Shown here piece after piece: positions 19,831 through 31,617 of a stretch of DNA of 64,000 nucleotides. The stretch covers positions 480,001 through 544,000 of the forward strand of contig JAOZFT010000004.1 in NCBI GenBank assembly GCA_027492035.1, written 5' to 3'. This DNA comes from Thermoproteota archaeon. Lineage in GTDB: Archaea > Korarchaeota > JAOZGF01 > JAOZFZ01. Numbering within the stretch: position 1 is the first letter of the stretch; every line of letters begins with the position of its first letter. Position numbers and translations under genes: made by a program. Below the pieces are notes generated by a model. That model did no database searches, had not been told where the DNA came from, and worked only from the letters and a program-made list of their open reading frames with translations.

Positions 19831-21975
19831 ATGGGGTTTTTGATGAAGAAATTTTTTCGGTTTATGATAATTTGTGGTACAATAACTCTGTTGACTCTAT
19901 CCCTCCTTAATTCAAACTTGGTAAGCAAAGGATTCCCTCAACCTGCTAGTTACCCTACTGGTTCATGGCCTCTAGCTGGATGCGATGCTCAAAATTCCAG
20001 ATTTCAGAAAAGCCCTGGAAGAATCTCAGTCCCTACTGTTTATTTAGACAAATACTTGGGTGAAAAGATTTGCAGTATACCTTTAATTGGGGACGTGGAT
20101 TGCGACGGCGACCCTGAAATACTTATAACTACATTAAATGGCAGCCTGTTTGTGGTTGATGGTGAATGCAAAGACATAAAATGGAGTGTGTCCTTCAGTT
20201 CTCCTATTTACTCAAGCCCAGCATTCGGGAAATTATTCTCTGGAAATGGTTTCGGAATAGTTGTAACTTTATACTCGGGTGAAATATACTGTTTATCAAG
20301 CTCAGGGGAAACTGTTTGGAAGTATTCAACACACTCATTAATTAAGGCGTCACCGGTTTTAGCTGATATAAACAATGATTACTGGCCTGAAGTCATAGTT
20401 GGTGGAGAAGACGGGGTCCTTTACATTCTATCTCATTCAGGGACCTTAATTAAGGAAATGCATTTAAACCACTCCATCGAAACCCGGGTGGTTGTTGGGG
20501 ATGTTGACATGGACGGTGGACTTGACACCATTTTTGTTACTCTAAAAAATTACGCAGTTTATAGTGTAGACAGCCAAAATTTTTCCATCAACTGGAAAAC
20601 CTATTTCAACGTAATTGAGAAGCCGCCTTTCTTTGGTGACGTGAACACTTCAAACCCGGGGATGGAATTGCTTGTTTCAGCTGGGCCTTTGACCATTTTA
20701 AATGCAAGCAATGGAGTTAAGCTTTGGAGAAGCAGCATAGCTTGGAGTGAATTAGTTTCTCCATCTCTTTCTAACCTTGACAGGTTTTATCCTTTAGAAA
20801 TTATTTCAGTAGATTCTTCAAGTATTTTCTGTTTAAAAAGCACAGATGGCGGGTTAAACTGGATATTCAGTGGCCTCAGCCCCTTCTCTAACGAGTTCTC
20901 AACTGTAGATATAGATGGCGACGGCTATTTAGAAATAGTTGCTGTAACTGTCAATGGAGAAGTTTGCAGTATTAACTGTACAGGCAAAGCTGACTGGGTT
21001 TATAATTCTTCACGGGAAGTAAGTGGTGGGTTATCGGTCGGAGACGTAAATGGTGACTCTCTTTCTGAAATTGTTTTCGGAACATTGGATGGTCACTTAA
21101 TTGTTCTCACTGGAGCTAAGGGATGGGTTACCCCCGCTCCAGACCTGGCAGTTTCGCAAGTTGAATGCCCAGATGTCTTCTTAGTAGGGGAAAAGGCAAC
21201 TTTTCAGGTCACTGTTTCTAATCTTGGATCAAAGGATGCTTATAACTTCAATGTTTCTCTTTTCCAGAACGGAAATGAAGTATCGTTTCAAAAAATTAAT
21301 CACTTACCCAGCGGCTCCTTTAAAGACATCACTTTATCCTGGGTCCCTAACTCCACTGAACAAGTTTCTTTAAGAATAGTTACTGACCCGGAAAACGTAG
21401 TTATCGAACGTTTCAAATGGAATAATGAATGGGTTCTAACTGTTACACCGGAAGAATTAACTCTTTCCCTTTTAAAGAAAATCAAACATTTCGTTGTGAT
21501 CGTCAATTTTAATTCTTCTGATCTTGATTCTTCAAGCTATCTCTACCCCACTTTAACTACAGAGTTAAAGGATGCAACCTATAATAACTTTAAGGAGTCC
21601 CTTAATGTTTTCTTTGTGGGAGGCCCTCTCTCAAACCCCTTAATTAATAAATATAACCTGTTAAAGGGGTTTAAATTTGAATTCTTTAAGGAGAAAATTG
21701 TTTTCTTAACTAAGAAAAGCAAGGTGGAACTGAATAGAAGCCTCTTTAAAAGTGAGGATTACGGCGTTATTTCTGTCTGTTTTGACAGAAACAAACTCAT
21801 AGTGTTAATTGAAGGTATAACAAGGTATGGTACTGCAGCTGCTTGTAAATACCTTATGGAGAACTTCAATTCTCTGCCAGACTCCCAAACCATAATTTTG
21901 AAATGGATTGATGTTGACAGCAGCAGAAGCGTTACACCAACTGATTCAATTGAGGTCTACAAAACAGAAAAATGA
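19831..21975 (+). CDS. Secreted/cell-surface protein: FG-GAP/PQQ-like beta-propeller + CARDB + S-layer-type C-terminal domain
   Basis: N-terminal signal-like segment; repeated GDVDxDG motifs; PDLAV...DPENVVIE..NN (CARDB); VGGPLSNP...GITRYGT. Confidence 0.8.
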   Translation: MGFLMKKFFRFMIICGTITLLTLSLLNSNLVSKGFPQPASYPTGSWPLAGCDAQNSRFQKSPGRISVPTVYLDKYLGEKICSIPLIGDVDCDGDPEILITTLNGSLFVVDGECKDIKWSVSFSSPIYSSPAFGKLFSGNGFGIVVTLYSGEIYCLSSSGETVWKYSTHSLIKASPVLADINNDYWPEVIVGGEDGVLYILSHSGTLIKEMHLNHSIETRVVVGDVDMDGGLDTIFVTLKNYAVYSVDSQNFSINWKTYFNVIEKPPFFGDVNTSNPGMELLVSAGPLTILNASNGVKLWRSSIAWSELVSPSLSNLDRFYPLEIISVDSSSIFCLKSTDGGLNWIFSGLSPFSNEFSTVDIDGDGYLEIVAVTVNGEVCSINCTGKADWVYNSSREVSGGLSVGDVNGDSLSEIVFGTLDGHLIVLTGAKGWVTPAPDLAVSQVECPDVFLVGEKATFQVTVSNLGSKDAYNFNVSLFQNGNEVSFQKINHLPSGSFKDITLSWVPNSTEQVSLRIVTDPENVVIERFKWNNEWVLTVTPEELTLSLLKKIKHFVVIVNFNSSDLDSSSYLYPTLTTELKDATYNNFKESLNVFFVGGPLSNPLINKYNLLKGFKFEFFKEKIVFLTKKSKVELNRSLFKSEDYGVISVCFDRNKLIVLIEGITRYGTAAACKYLMENFNSLPDSQTIILKWIDVDSSRSVTPTDSIEVYKTEK

Positions 21976-22048
21976 ATTCTTTACTTTTATATTAAACATA
22001 ACCCTAAAACGTTAAATTTTTGAAGAGTTAAAAGAGAAATCATTTATT

Positions 22049-22111
22049 TAGAGATGATTAAACCGACCTGCACTGAGTTCTGCTATGATGCTATGCACCA
22101 CCACTGATCTA
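22049..22111 (+). ncRNA. C/D-box 2'-O-methylation guide sRNA
   Basis: Box C AUGAUUA 22054-60, D' CUGA 22073-76, C' AUGAUGC 22085-91, D CUGA 22104-07; two 12-nt guides; terminal stem UAGA/UCUA; guides complementary to conserved archaeal 16S segments. Confidence 0.88.
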
Positions 22112-22114
22112 TTT

Positions 22115-24310
<2,196 letters not shown>

Positions 24311-24464
24311 TTATCCCTTAAACATAACAAATTAAGTTAGGGCTTCATTAAGACCTGAATTTCCTCTCTCCCCCATTTTCAAGCTTAATGATATCTTTCA
24401 ATTGTTTGCTTAAAAAACTTTCCCCAAAAACTTGAAACCCCTTTTTCTAAAAAACTATTCTCCC

Positions 24465-26369
24465 TCACATTTTTTCAGGTGCTGGAATGCCTAATAAGTT
24501 AAGTCCATTCTCCAAAACCTGCTTAACTCCCTTAACCAACTCTAACCTGAATCTTTTATTTCCCCCCTTTTCAGCTTTTAAAACAGGTATATTTTGGTAA
24601 AACTTGTTGAAGGTAAGAGAAAGTTCTGTTAAGAATTGACAAATCACTTGGGGTGAAAGGGTTTCTCCGGCTTTTTTAACTATGGAGGGGAACTCATAAA
24701 GCTTCTTCAAAACCTCCTTTTCCATATCCTTCAACTCTTCAAATTCATTTGACTCCTCTATTTCTTGTTCCTTTGCTTTTTCAATTATCCTATTAGCTCT
24801 GGCGTAGGTGTACTGGATGTAAGGGCCTGTGTTTTCTTTTAACTCCAGTGCTTTCTTAATATCAAAGACAACCCATTTCTCCCTTGAGGTTTTAAGCAGC
24901 TCAAACTTTAAAGCACCTACAGCCACTTCCTCAGCTTTTTCTTCAACCCATTCATCAGGTTCATCTCTATTCCTCCTCCTTGTTTCAATTCTTGTTAATT
25001 TTTTAAGTTCATCTAACACATCGTCAGCGTTCACAACTAGCCCCTTTCTGCCAGACATTTTCACAGCTTTCTTTAAATCTTTCCTCTCCTTCTGTTCGTT
25101 CTCCAACAGTTCTTCAACTGTTTCTCGGCTTAAAGTTAACAAGCCGTAACTGTAATGTAAGTACTTTTTTTTACACCCTATCAAATTAAGAGATGTTTTC
25201 ACCACTCTCTGCGCATGTTTCTGTTCAGAACCTATAACTGCGATAGTGTAGTCAGCATCGCTCCATAGATATTTACCTGTTTCTCTAGGTACGGTAGTGA
25301 ATAACGAAACCTTGTTTGGTTGTAAACAAAATTCTTTAATGAAAAATTTATGCTTCTCCCTTAAGCAGTTAAGTTTCCACATTGCAAAGGCTATATCTTT
25401 AGCCACATACACTGATGTTCCATCGCTCCTAACCAAAACTTCTTCTGCATCCTTTTGCTTGGAAAAGAAGGGGTCTTTTGACAAATCAAGAATCCAGCAC
25501 CCCTTTTTCTCACCTTCATTTTTTTTAATTATTTTACCCGTTTCTTTTAATTCATTAAAAGCTTTCTCCCATAAACCAGACTTTAAAATATCTGTCTCCC
25601 ATATTAAATAATTAAAGTATACCTTTATCCTCCAGCAGGTTTCAAGTTGGGATTTAACAACTTTTTCAGCTAATTCTCTAGCAAATTTCGAATAAGTATT
25701 GTTTCCCTCCTCAATTTTAGCAATTATTTCCCTAAGTTTCTTCTCAAATTCAGGTTTCTCTTCCACTATCTTAAAAACTTGGGAATAAACTTTTCCGCAA
25801 TAATGGTCAAATTTCTCTTTCTTTTTCGACTGCAGAGGAAAACCTAGTTCTGTGTGGGCGAGGACGTTGTAAGCCATTTGGACGCCGCTATCATCAATGT
25901 AGTTAACAACCGTTACATTGTAACCTGTAAATTTCATTATCCTTGCTAAGGCATCTCCCAAACAAGTGTTTCTAAGTATTCCTACATGTAAAGGTTTATT
26001 AGGGTTGGCGCTTGTATGTTCAAGTAAAACTTTCTCTCCCTTACCTAAATTAACCTCGCCATACCTCCCTTTCTTACTGGAAATTTCACTAAAAACAAAT
26101 TTAGAAACTTCTCTCCAGTTAAGAAAGAAATTTAAGTAGCCATTTACCGCCTCCACTTTCTGAATAATTTTTGAAGGCTTGATTTTTTCTGCTAGTTCTT
26201 CAGCTATTCCTCTAGGATCTTTTTTTTCTCTTTTTGCTACTTGAAAAGCTATTGTGGAGGTGTAGTCTCCATGCTGCGGAGAGTCAGGTTTTCTCACAGT
26301 TTTTTCGATATCTTCTCGGGGATAAAACCGGGAAAGTACTTCAACAATTTCTTTCTTAAGGTCCATCAT
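24465..26369 (-). CDS. argS: Arginyl-tRNA synthetase
   Basis: EHTSANPNKPLHVG, RSDGT..Y.AKD, KMSGRKG, GPYIQYTYAR, C-terminal PEKM. Confidence 0.96.
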   Translation of the reverse strand: MMDLKKEIVEVLSRFYPREDIEKTVRKPDSPQHGDYTSTIAFQVAKREKKDPRGIAEELAEKIKPSKIIQKVEAVNGYLNFFLNWREVSKFVFSEISSKKGRYGEVNLGKGEKVLLEHTSANPNKPLHVGILRNTCLGDALARIMKFTGYNVTVVNYIDDSGVQMAYNVLAHTELGFPLQSKKKEKFDHYCGKVYSQVFKIVEEKPEFEKKLREIIAKIEEGNNTYSKFARELAEKVVKSQLETCWRIKVYFNYLIWETDILKSGLWEKAFNELKETGKIIKKNEGEKKGCWILDLSKDPFFSKQKDAEEVLVRSDGTSVYVAKDIAFAMWKLNCLREKHKFFIKEFCLQPNKVSLFTTVPRETGKYLWSDADYTIAVIGSEQKHAQRVVKTSLNLIGCKKKYLHYSYGLLTLSRETVEELLENEQKERKDLKKAVKMSGRKGLVVNADDVLDELKKLTRIETRRRNRDEPDEWVEEKAEEVAVGALKFELLKTSREKWVVFDIKKALELKENTGPYIQYTYARANRIIEKAKEQEIEESNEFEELKDMEKEVLKKLYEFPSIVKKAGETLSPQVICQFLTELSLTFNKFYQNIPVLKAEKGGNKRFRLELVKGVKQVLENGLNLLGIPAPEKM

Positions 26370-26589
26370 AGTCCTTCCCTTACCTTGAAAGATTTAGGTA
26401 GAGATACTGGAAACCATCTTAAATTGGAAAGGTTTCTAAATCTTTTTCCTCCTACATTCTTTCATTTACCGAAAAAAGGAGTGAATTATATAAGTGTTAA
26501 AATAAAAATTTTTTAAACCTTTTAAATTTAAGCTCCCCTCTAAAGTCAAAATAGATTTTGAAGAGTAAAGGGAAGGTGGATTTTTAAAG

Positions 26590-27894
26590 ATGTTTAACCA
26601 AAAAATCCTTTTGTTAATATGCGACGGGATGGCTGACAGGCCTTTAAGGGCATTCAATAATAGAACTCCATTGGAAAAAGCTGAATCGCCTAACCTCGAC
26701 TTTCTTGCAAAGAAAGGAGTTACAGGGTTAATGGATCCTATTTCTCCAGGTGTCTCCCCTCCCAGCGACTCATCTCACCTCTTCATTTTCGGTTATGAAA
26801 GTAAAGATCATCCTGGAAGAGGTGTAATAGAAGCTTTGGGGGCCTCAATACCTTTAAATAGGGAATCTGTGGCTTTCAGGTGCAACATAGCTACAGTTGA
26901 AAGAAAAAGTAACCAATTAATTGTGAAAGATAGGAGAGCTGGAAGAATAAAAGGGAAAGATGCGGAGGAAGCCGCTAAAATAGTTAATGAAATAGGAGAA
27001 ATCGACGGTGTGAAAGTTAAATTCTTTCATACGTTAGAGCATAGGGGCGTTCTGGTTTTAGAGGGTAACTTGTCAAGTCAAGTGACAGACATGGATCCTC
27101 AAGTCACAAATTTGCCCGTGGCTAAAGCTAAACCCAAAATTGAAGCTGGGAAAGATTTGAAAGCAATTAAAACCGCTGAAGTATTGAACAAATTCGTTTT
27201 AAAAACATTCACTTTGCTTAATGAGGCGTCTTTTAATGTCGAAAGGACAAGTAAAGGGTTGCCTCCTGGAAACATAATTCTACTCAGGGGAGCAGGCAAA
27301 TTGACTTTTGCAAAGAGTTTTAGTGAAAAATGGGGGTTAAAGTCGGCAGCAGTTGCCGGGGCTCCGCTCTACAAAGGGTTAGCTAAATTTGCAGGTATGC
27401 AGCTCCATGAAACACCTGGTGCGACAGGTTTAGTAGATACAGATTACAAGGGAAAAATAAATAAAGCCTTAGATTTACTTGGAGAATATGATTTCGTCTT
27501 TGTCCATATAAAGGCTTCAGATGTGGCAAGCCATAAAAAGGATTGCTTGTTGAAAAAGAAAGTCATTGAAAAAATTGATGAAGCTGTTGAACCGTTGGTT
27601 GAAACAAAGGATGTGTTAAAGATTATAACAGCTGATCATACAACCTCTTCAGAGCTAGGTATCCATACAGGTGAACCTGTCCCTCTACTAATTAATGGTT
27701 TATCTGTCAGAGTGGATAAAGTAGAAAAATTCGGTGAAAGAGAAGCAGCTAATGGTGGATTAAACAGAATTAAGGGACTAGATTTAATGCCTATTTTAAT
27801 AAGTTTATCGAATCGTTCAATTGAGTACGGAGTAAGGGTTACTCCAGAAGAGAAGTTGTTTCTTGACACTAATTATGAACCTCTTAAGCTGTGA
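26590..27894 (+). CDS. apgM: 2,3-bisphosphoglycerate-independent phosphoglycerate mutase (archaeal type)
   Basis: DGMADRP, TPLE.A..PNLD, SDSSH, GRGVIEALG, DRRAGRI, TADH. Confidence 0.94.
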   Translation: MFNQKILLLICDGMADRPLRAFNNRTPLEKAESPNLDFLAKKGVTGLMDPISPGVSPPSDSSHLFIFGYESKDHPGRGVIEALGASIPLNRESVAFRCNIATVERKSNQLIVKDRRAGRIKGKDAEEAAKIVNEIGEIDGVKVKFFHTLEHRGVLVLEGNLSSQVTDMDPQVTNLPVAKAKPKIEAGKDLKAIKTAEVLNKFVLKTFTLLNEASFNVERTSKGLPPGNIILLRGAGKLTFAKSFSEKWGLKSAAVAGAPLYKGLAKFAGMQLHETPGATGLVDTDYKGKINKALDLLGEYDFVFVHIKASDVASHKKDCLLKKKVIEKIDEAVEPLVETKDVLKIITADHTTSSELGIHTGEPVPLLINGLSVRVDKVEKFGEREAANGGLNRIKGLDLMPILISLSNRSIEYGVRVTPEEKLFLDTNYEPLKL

Positions 27895-27911
27895 AAAAGG
27901 TTTGAGGGAAA

Positions 27912-29090
27912 ATGGAGGAATATGACGTTGTGGTTGTAGGGGCAGGGCCAGCTGGATGTACAGCAGCTTATTATTCCTCACGTCAAGGATTAAAAACGTT
28001 GTTGGTTGAAAGAAAGAAAAGAGTAGGGTTTCCTGTCCAATGTGGTGAACTTATGCCTACTCTTGAGCTTGTTAAGAAAATATTTAAAAACCTTCCAAAC
28101 CCTGAAGAGCTCTTCATTTATCCAGAAAATGTAGTTGAACAGGAAATAAATGAATTAGCTGTTGGAGACTCTGAAAAAATACATTTTACAATTGAAATGA
28201 GTCTTTGTTCAATTGATAGGGAAAAATTCGATAATTACCTATTTAGGAAAGCTAAGGAATCAGGGGCCTATACAATGACATCAACTTACTTCTCAGACAT
28301 GAAAAATGATGGAACCATCCTTTTAAAAAGAAGAAACGAGGAATTCAAAGTTAAAACGAAACTGGTCATAGGTGCAGATGGTATCTTCTCAACAGTAGCT
28401 AAAAAAAACAATCTTTCAAGAAATGAAAAAGCTTATCCTACTCTTCAGTACACTTTACAAAATACGAAATTAGAGGATGACAGAGTTTACATGTTTTTTG
28501 ATAGGATGAACTCCCCTGACGGATTTGTTTGGTTGATTCCGAAAAAATCAAGAAGAGTAAACGCTGGTTTAGGGTTCCCGAAATATGCAGCAGAACTCAC
28601 CAAACTAAAAACTCAACTTGACAACTTCATTTCAAATCATCCTGCTACGAAGTCAAGCTTAGAAGGTGCAGAGGTTGAAAAAGTCACAGCTGGATGGGTT
28701 CCTGTTGGGGGGCCGCTGAAAAAAACATGGTCTGAAACAAAGGAGGTCAAAGTAGTCTTGATTGGTGACGCAGGGGGTTTTGTAGCTGCCCACAATGGTG
28801 CAGGCGTACCTGGCGCCTTAATAACTGGAAAAATCGCTGGTGAAATTGCTTATTTAAATATAAAAGAGCATAAAAGTATTTCTTTATATGAGAGAAAATG
28901 GAGAAGAGAAGTAGGTAAACCACTCTTCAATTCATTGAAAATTTTGAATATGGTTTTGCCTCTCTACCAAAACAAAGAGAAATTTGAAAAACTTTTATCG
29001 AGGGTAAATAAAAAATTGATCGAGAAAGCTTTTTATACAGAGATTCCTTGGCAGTTTCATTTATTCCCATTACTTAAAATAATACTCTAG
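27912..29090 (+). CDS. Geranylgeranyl reductase family protein
   Basis: VGAGPAG, PVQCGE, GADG, WLIPK, IGDAGG. Confidence 0.88.
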   Translation: MEEYDVVVVGAGPAGCTAAYYSSRQGLKTLLVERKKRVGFPVQCGELMPTLELVKKIFKNLPNPEELFIYPENVVEQEINELAVGDSEKIHFTIEMSLCSIDREKFDNYLFRKAKESGAYTMTSTYFSDMKNDGTILLKRRNEEFKVKTKLVIGADGIFSTVAKKNNLSRNEKAYPTLQYTLQNTKLEDDRVYMFFDRMNSPDGFVWLIPKKSRRVNAGLGFPKYAAELTKLKTQLDNFISNHPATKSSLEGAEVEKVTAGWVPVGGPLKKTWSETKEVKVVLIGDAGGFVAAHNGAGVPGALITGKIAGEIAYLNIKEHKSISLYERKWRREVGKPLFNSLKILNMVLPLYQNKEKFEKLLSRVNKKLIEKAFYTEIPWQFHLFPLLKIIL

Positions 29091-30745
29091 TATGGTGGTA
29101 ATTCCCCTCTTCTTCTTAAGGATAAATTCTCATCTATGCTTTTTGCAGCAATTATTTCTATCAGTTTAGCTTTTCTTCCCTTTTTACGCATTATCCGCCC
29201 AAGTCTTTGCAAATATTGCCTTGTGGAGCCTGTGCCGCTGAGTATAATTCCGACTAAAGCGTCAGGAACATCTATTCCTTCATCTAAAACTTCACCTGAA
29301 CAAATAACATTTATCTCTCCCCTCGAAAACATTTCTAAAATTTTTCTCCTTTCATCTCTCGGGGTTTCATGGGTGATTTCAGGTATAAGGAAGGTTCTAG
29401 ATATTTTCTTCACTAAATCTACATACCTCGAAAAAATAATTACCTTCTCCCCCCTGAATTTCTCAAGAAGCTTCTCTAAAACATCTATTTTTCTTTCAGC
29501 ATTTAAAGCTATTTGATTGGCTTTATTTTTAGCTCTTAAGGCTTCTAAAGCTTGTTTATTATATTTAGCCTTTCTCAAAACTAAATTGAAGGCTTCAATC
29601 GGACTTTTCACTTGTGGAAAATTTTGCCTAACAAAGCTCCAGTAGTGGTTCATCAATTTTCTATATTCCCTTTTCTCCTTTTCAGTTAAGTCTACAAAGA
29701 TTTTCTCTTCTTCAAACTCTTCTATATATCCCTTCCTTTGCAACTCAGTTGTTTCTGCAGCGACAATGAAGGGACCTATTAACTTAGGCATTTCTAAATG
29801 GAGAACATCCTTTCTTACAGGCGTAGCTGTTAATCCTAACCTAAAAGGTGAAATTGTGAATTTTAAAGCTGTACTGTAACTTGGTGAAACAGAATGGTGG
29901 CATTCATCCGCAATTATTAAACCAAATTTATCAGTTATTCTTCGGACATATTTAGAAGCAGATTTGTAGGTTGCAACAGTTATTTCATTTACATTTCTTT
30001 CTCCTCCACCCAAAATACCTATTTCACATTCCTCTACTGCCAAATATTTCACTATCCTTTCTTTCCATTGATGAAGCAAGTCGATTGTGGGAACTAAGAC
30101 AATTGTCTTCATTTTCAAATCATAAATTGCTTTTAAGGCTATGAATGTTTTGCCACTGGCCACTGGACTTACAATTACCCCCCTACAGCCCTCCCCTTTC
30201 CACTGATTGTAAGCTTTTATTTGGTAGTCTCTAAGCTTAAATTTAGGTTCATTACTTAATGGAAAGGAGAGTTTAAAGTTTAATTTAGAGTTTGTTTTGG
30301 TTTTAAAACCTAATTTCTCCAGTTTACTTTTTAGCTGAGGAAATAAGTAAGGATAGGTCCGGAAGGTGTTTGAAGCTATTTCATAAACTAGAGGATTTAT
30401 CCCTGAATTTCTTAGTTTAGTTACTGCGTTGCGGAATTCAGGTGAAGAAATAATTAAATCAGAACCCTGTAGTTTTATATAGATAACGTGTTTACCTCTT
30501 TCTCTCTCCTCAATGTACCTCTTTAATTCCTTACTAAGATAGAAACCATTTTCTTGAAGAATTTCTTCCAATAATTCTGTTTTACCTACGCATTTTTCCA
30601 GGTTCAACTTGAAAATATAACCTTCTCCATCGAAACCAACTGAATCAGAAAAACTTAACAATTTCGTGAGTTTGTTGCTTGTTAACTCCCTAACTTTAAA
30701 ATATTTATTTTTTAAAGTTAATACTTTACTGTCACTTTTACTCAT
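29087..30745 (-). CDS. xpb: XPB/Rad25-like SF2 DNA helicase
   Basis: LRDYQ, SPVASGKT, DECHH, GLTATP, VLDEGIDVP, QRLGRIMR. Confidence 0.88.
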   Translation of the reverse strand: MSKSDSKVLTLKNKYFKVRELTSNKLTKLLSFSDSVGFDGEGYIFKLNLEKCVGKTELLEEILQENGFYLSKELKRYIEERERGKHVIYIKLQGSDLIISSPEFRNAVTKLRNSGINPLVYEIASNTFRTYPYLFPQLKSKLEKLGFKTKTNSKLNFKLSFPLSNEPKFKLRDYQIKAYNQWKGEGCRGVIVSPVASGKTFIALKAIYDLKMKTIVLVPTIDLLHQWKERIVKYLAVEECEIGILGGGERNVNEITVATYKSASKYVRRITDKFGLIIADECHHSVSPSYSTALKFTISPFRLGLTATPVRKDVLHLEMPKLIGPFIVAAETTELQRKGYIEEFEEEKIFVDLTEKEKREYRKLMNHYWSFVRQNFPQVKSPIEAFNLVLRKAKYNKQALEALRAKNKANQIALNAERKIDVLEKLLEKFRGEKVIIFSRYVDLVKKISRTFLIPEITHETPRDERRKILEMFSRGEINVICSGEVLDEGIDVPDALVGIILSGTGSTRQYLQRLGRIMRKKGRKAKLIEIIAAKSIDENLSLRRRGELPPY

Positions 30746-30780
30746 TTATGTGAAGACCTTTTATTTTCCAGTTTCTAAAA

Positions 30781-31503
30781 CTAGATGAGACCTTTTTCCT
30801 TGTATATCTCTATTAATTTTTCTGCTGTGAAATTTAAGTTTGTTATCTTTACCCCTAAAGGACCTGTTTTCAAAGTAATTACGTGGTTTACTAGTAAAGG
30901 AGTAATAACCTCTGGGATTACAGAGTTTTCTAATGGACCTCCATCAATAGGTCTTAATCCGGGAATTAATCTGACAAGTTCCATAACAACTTTCTTAGCT
31001 TCTTTCTCACCGCAAACAATTATATCGCAGTTTATCTCCCTCCTGTTTAAGTCTTGAACAGCTGCTGCACCTACATTATGGAAAGCTGAAGCTACTCTAA
31101 CATGAGTTGGTGTAACTTTCCTTATTTCGTTTGCTACTGATCCCTCTTTTGAAAGGACAGGCTTTAAACCATACTTTCCCTTCACCATAGGTACAATGGT
31201 TGAAACCAGTATACTCCCTTCCTTAAAGTTTTCTTTCAATCCCTCCACTGTTTTTGTATGATAAGGGTAAGGGACTGTTAAGAATGAAACATCCGCCACC
31301 TTTACTGCTTCATTGTTCACCATGCCTTTCACCCTGTTTTTAGTGTACTTCTTCAAAATCTCATTTGCATCGTTTGCTCTCCTTAAAGCTTTCTCTTGCT
31401 TTCTTGAACCTATTATAACTTCTTCTCCAGCTACAGCAAATCTCAAAACAAGTCCAAAACCTAAGTCGCCAGTGCCTCCCAACACGGCAATTTTTCTTTT
31501 CAA
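30781..31503 (-). CDS. npdG: NADPH-dependent F420 reductase
   Basis: IAVLGGTGDLGFGL, IIGSR, TVPY, SAFHNV.A, IDGGPLEN. Confidence 0.9.
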   Translation of the reverse strand: MKRKIAVLGGTGDLGFGLVLRFAVAGEEVIIGSRKQEKALRRANDANEILKKYTKNRVKGMVNNEAVKVADVSFLTVPYPYHTKTVEGLKENFKEGSILVSTIVPMVKGKYGLKPVLSKEGSVANEIRKVTPTHVRVASAFHNVGAAAVQDLNRREINCDIIVCGEKEAKKVVMELVRLIPGLRPIDGGPLENSVIPEVITPLLVNHVITLKTGPLGVKITNLNFTAEKLIEIYKEKGLI

Positions 31504-31545
31504 TTTTAAGCACCTTTAATCAAATTTAAATTCTTAAAAAGGAAG

Positions 31546-31563
31546 ACATTTCTTAAGAAATGT
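31546..31563. promoter_or_regulatory. Perfect 18-bp palindrome ACATTTCTTAAGAAATGT upstream of npdG (candidate operator)
   Basis: Read directly; about 43-60 bp upstream of the npdG start. Confidence 0.45.
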
Positions 31564-31617
31564 TTTTAACTTGTCCTTTAACAAACTCTCATTTGATTTT
31601 TTTCCTTTATAAATTGT

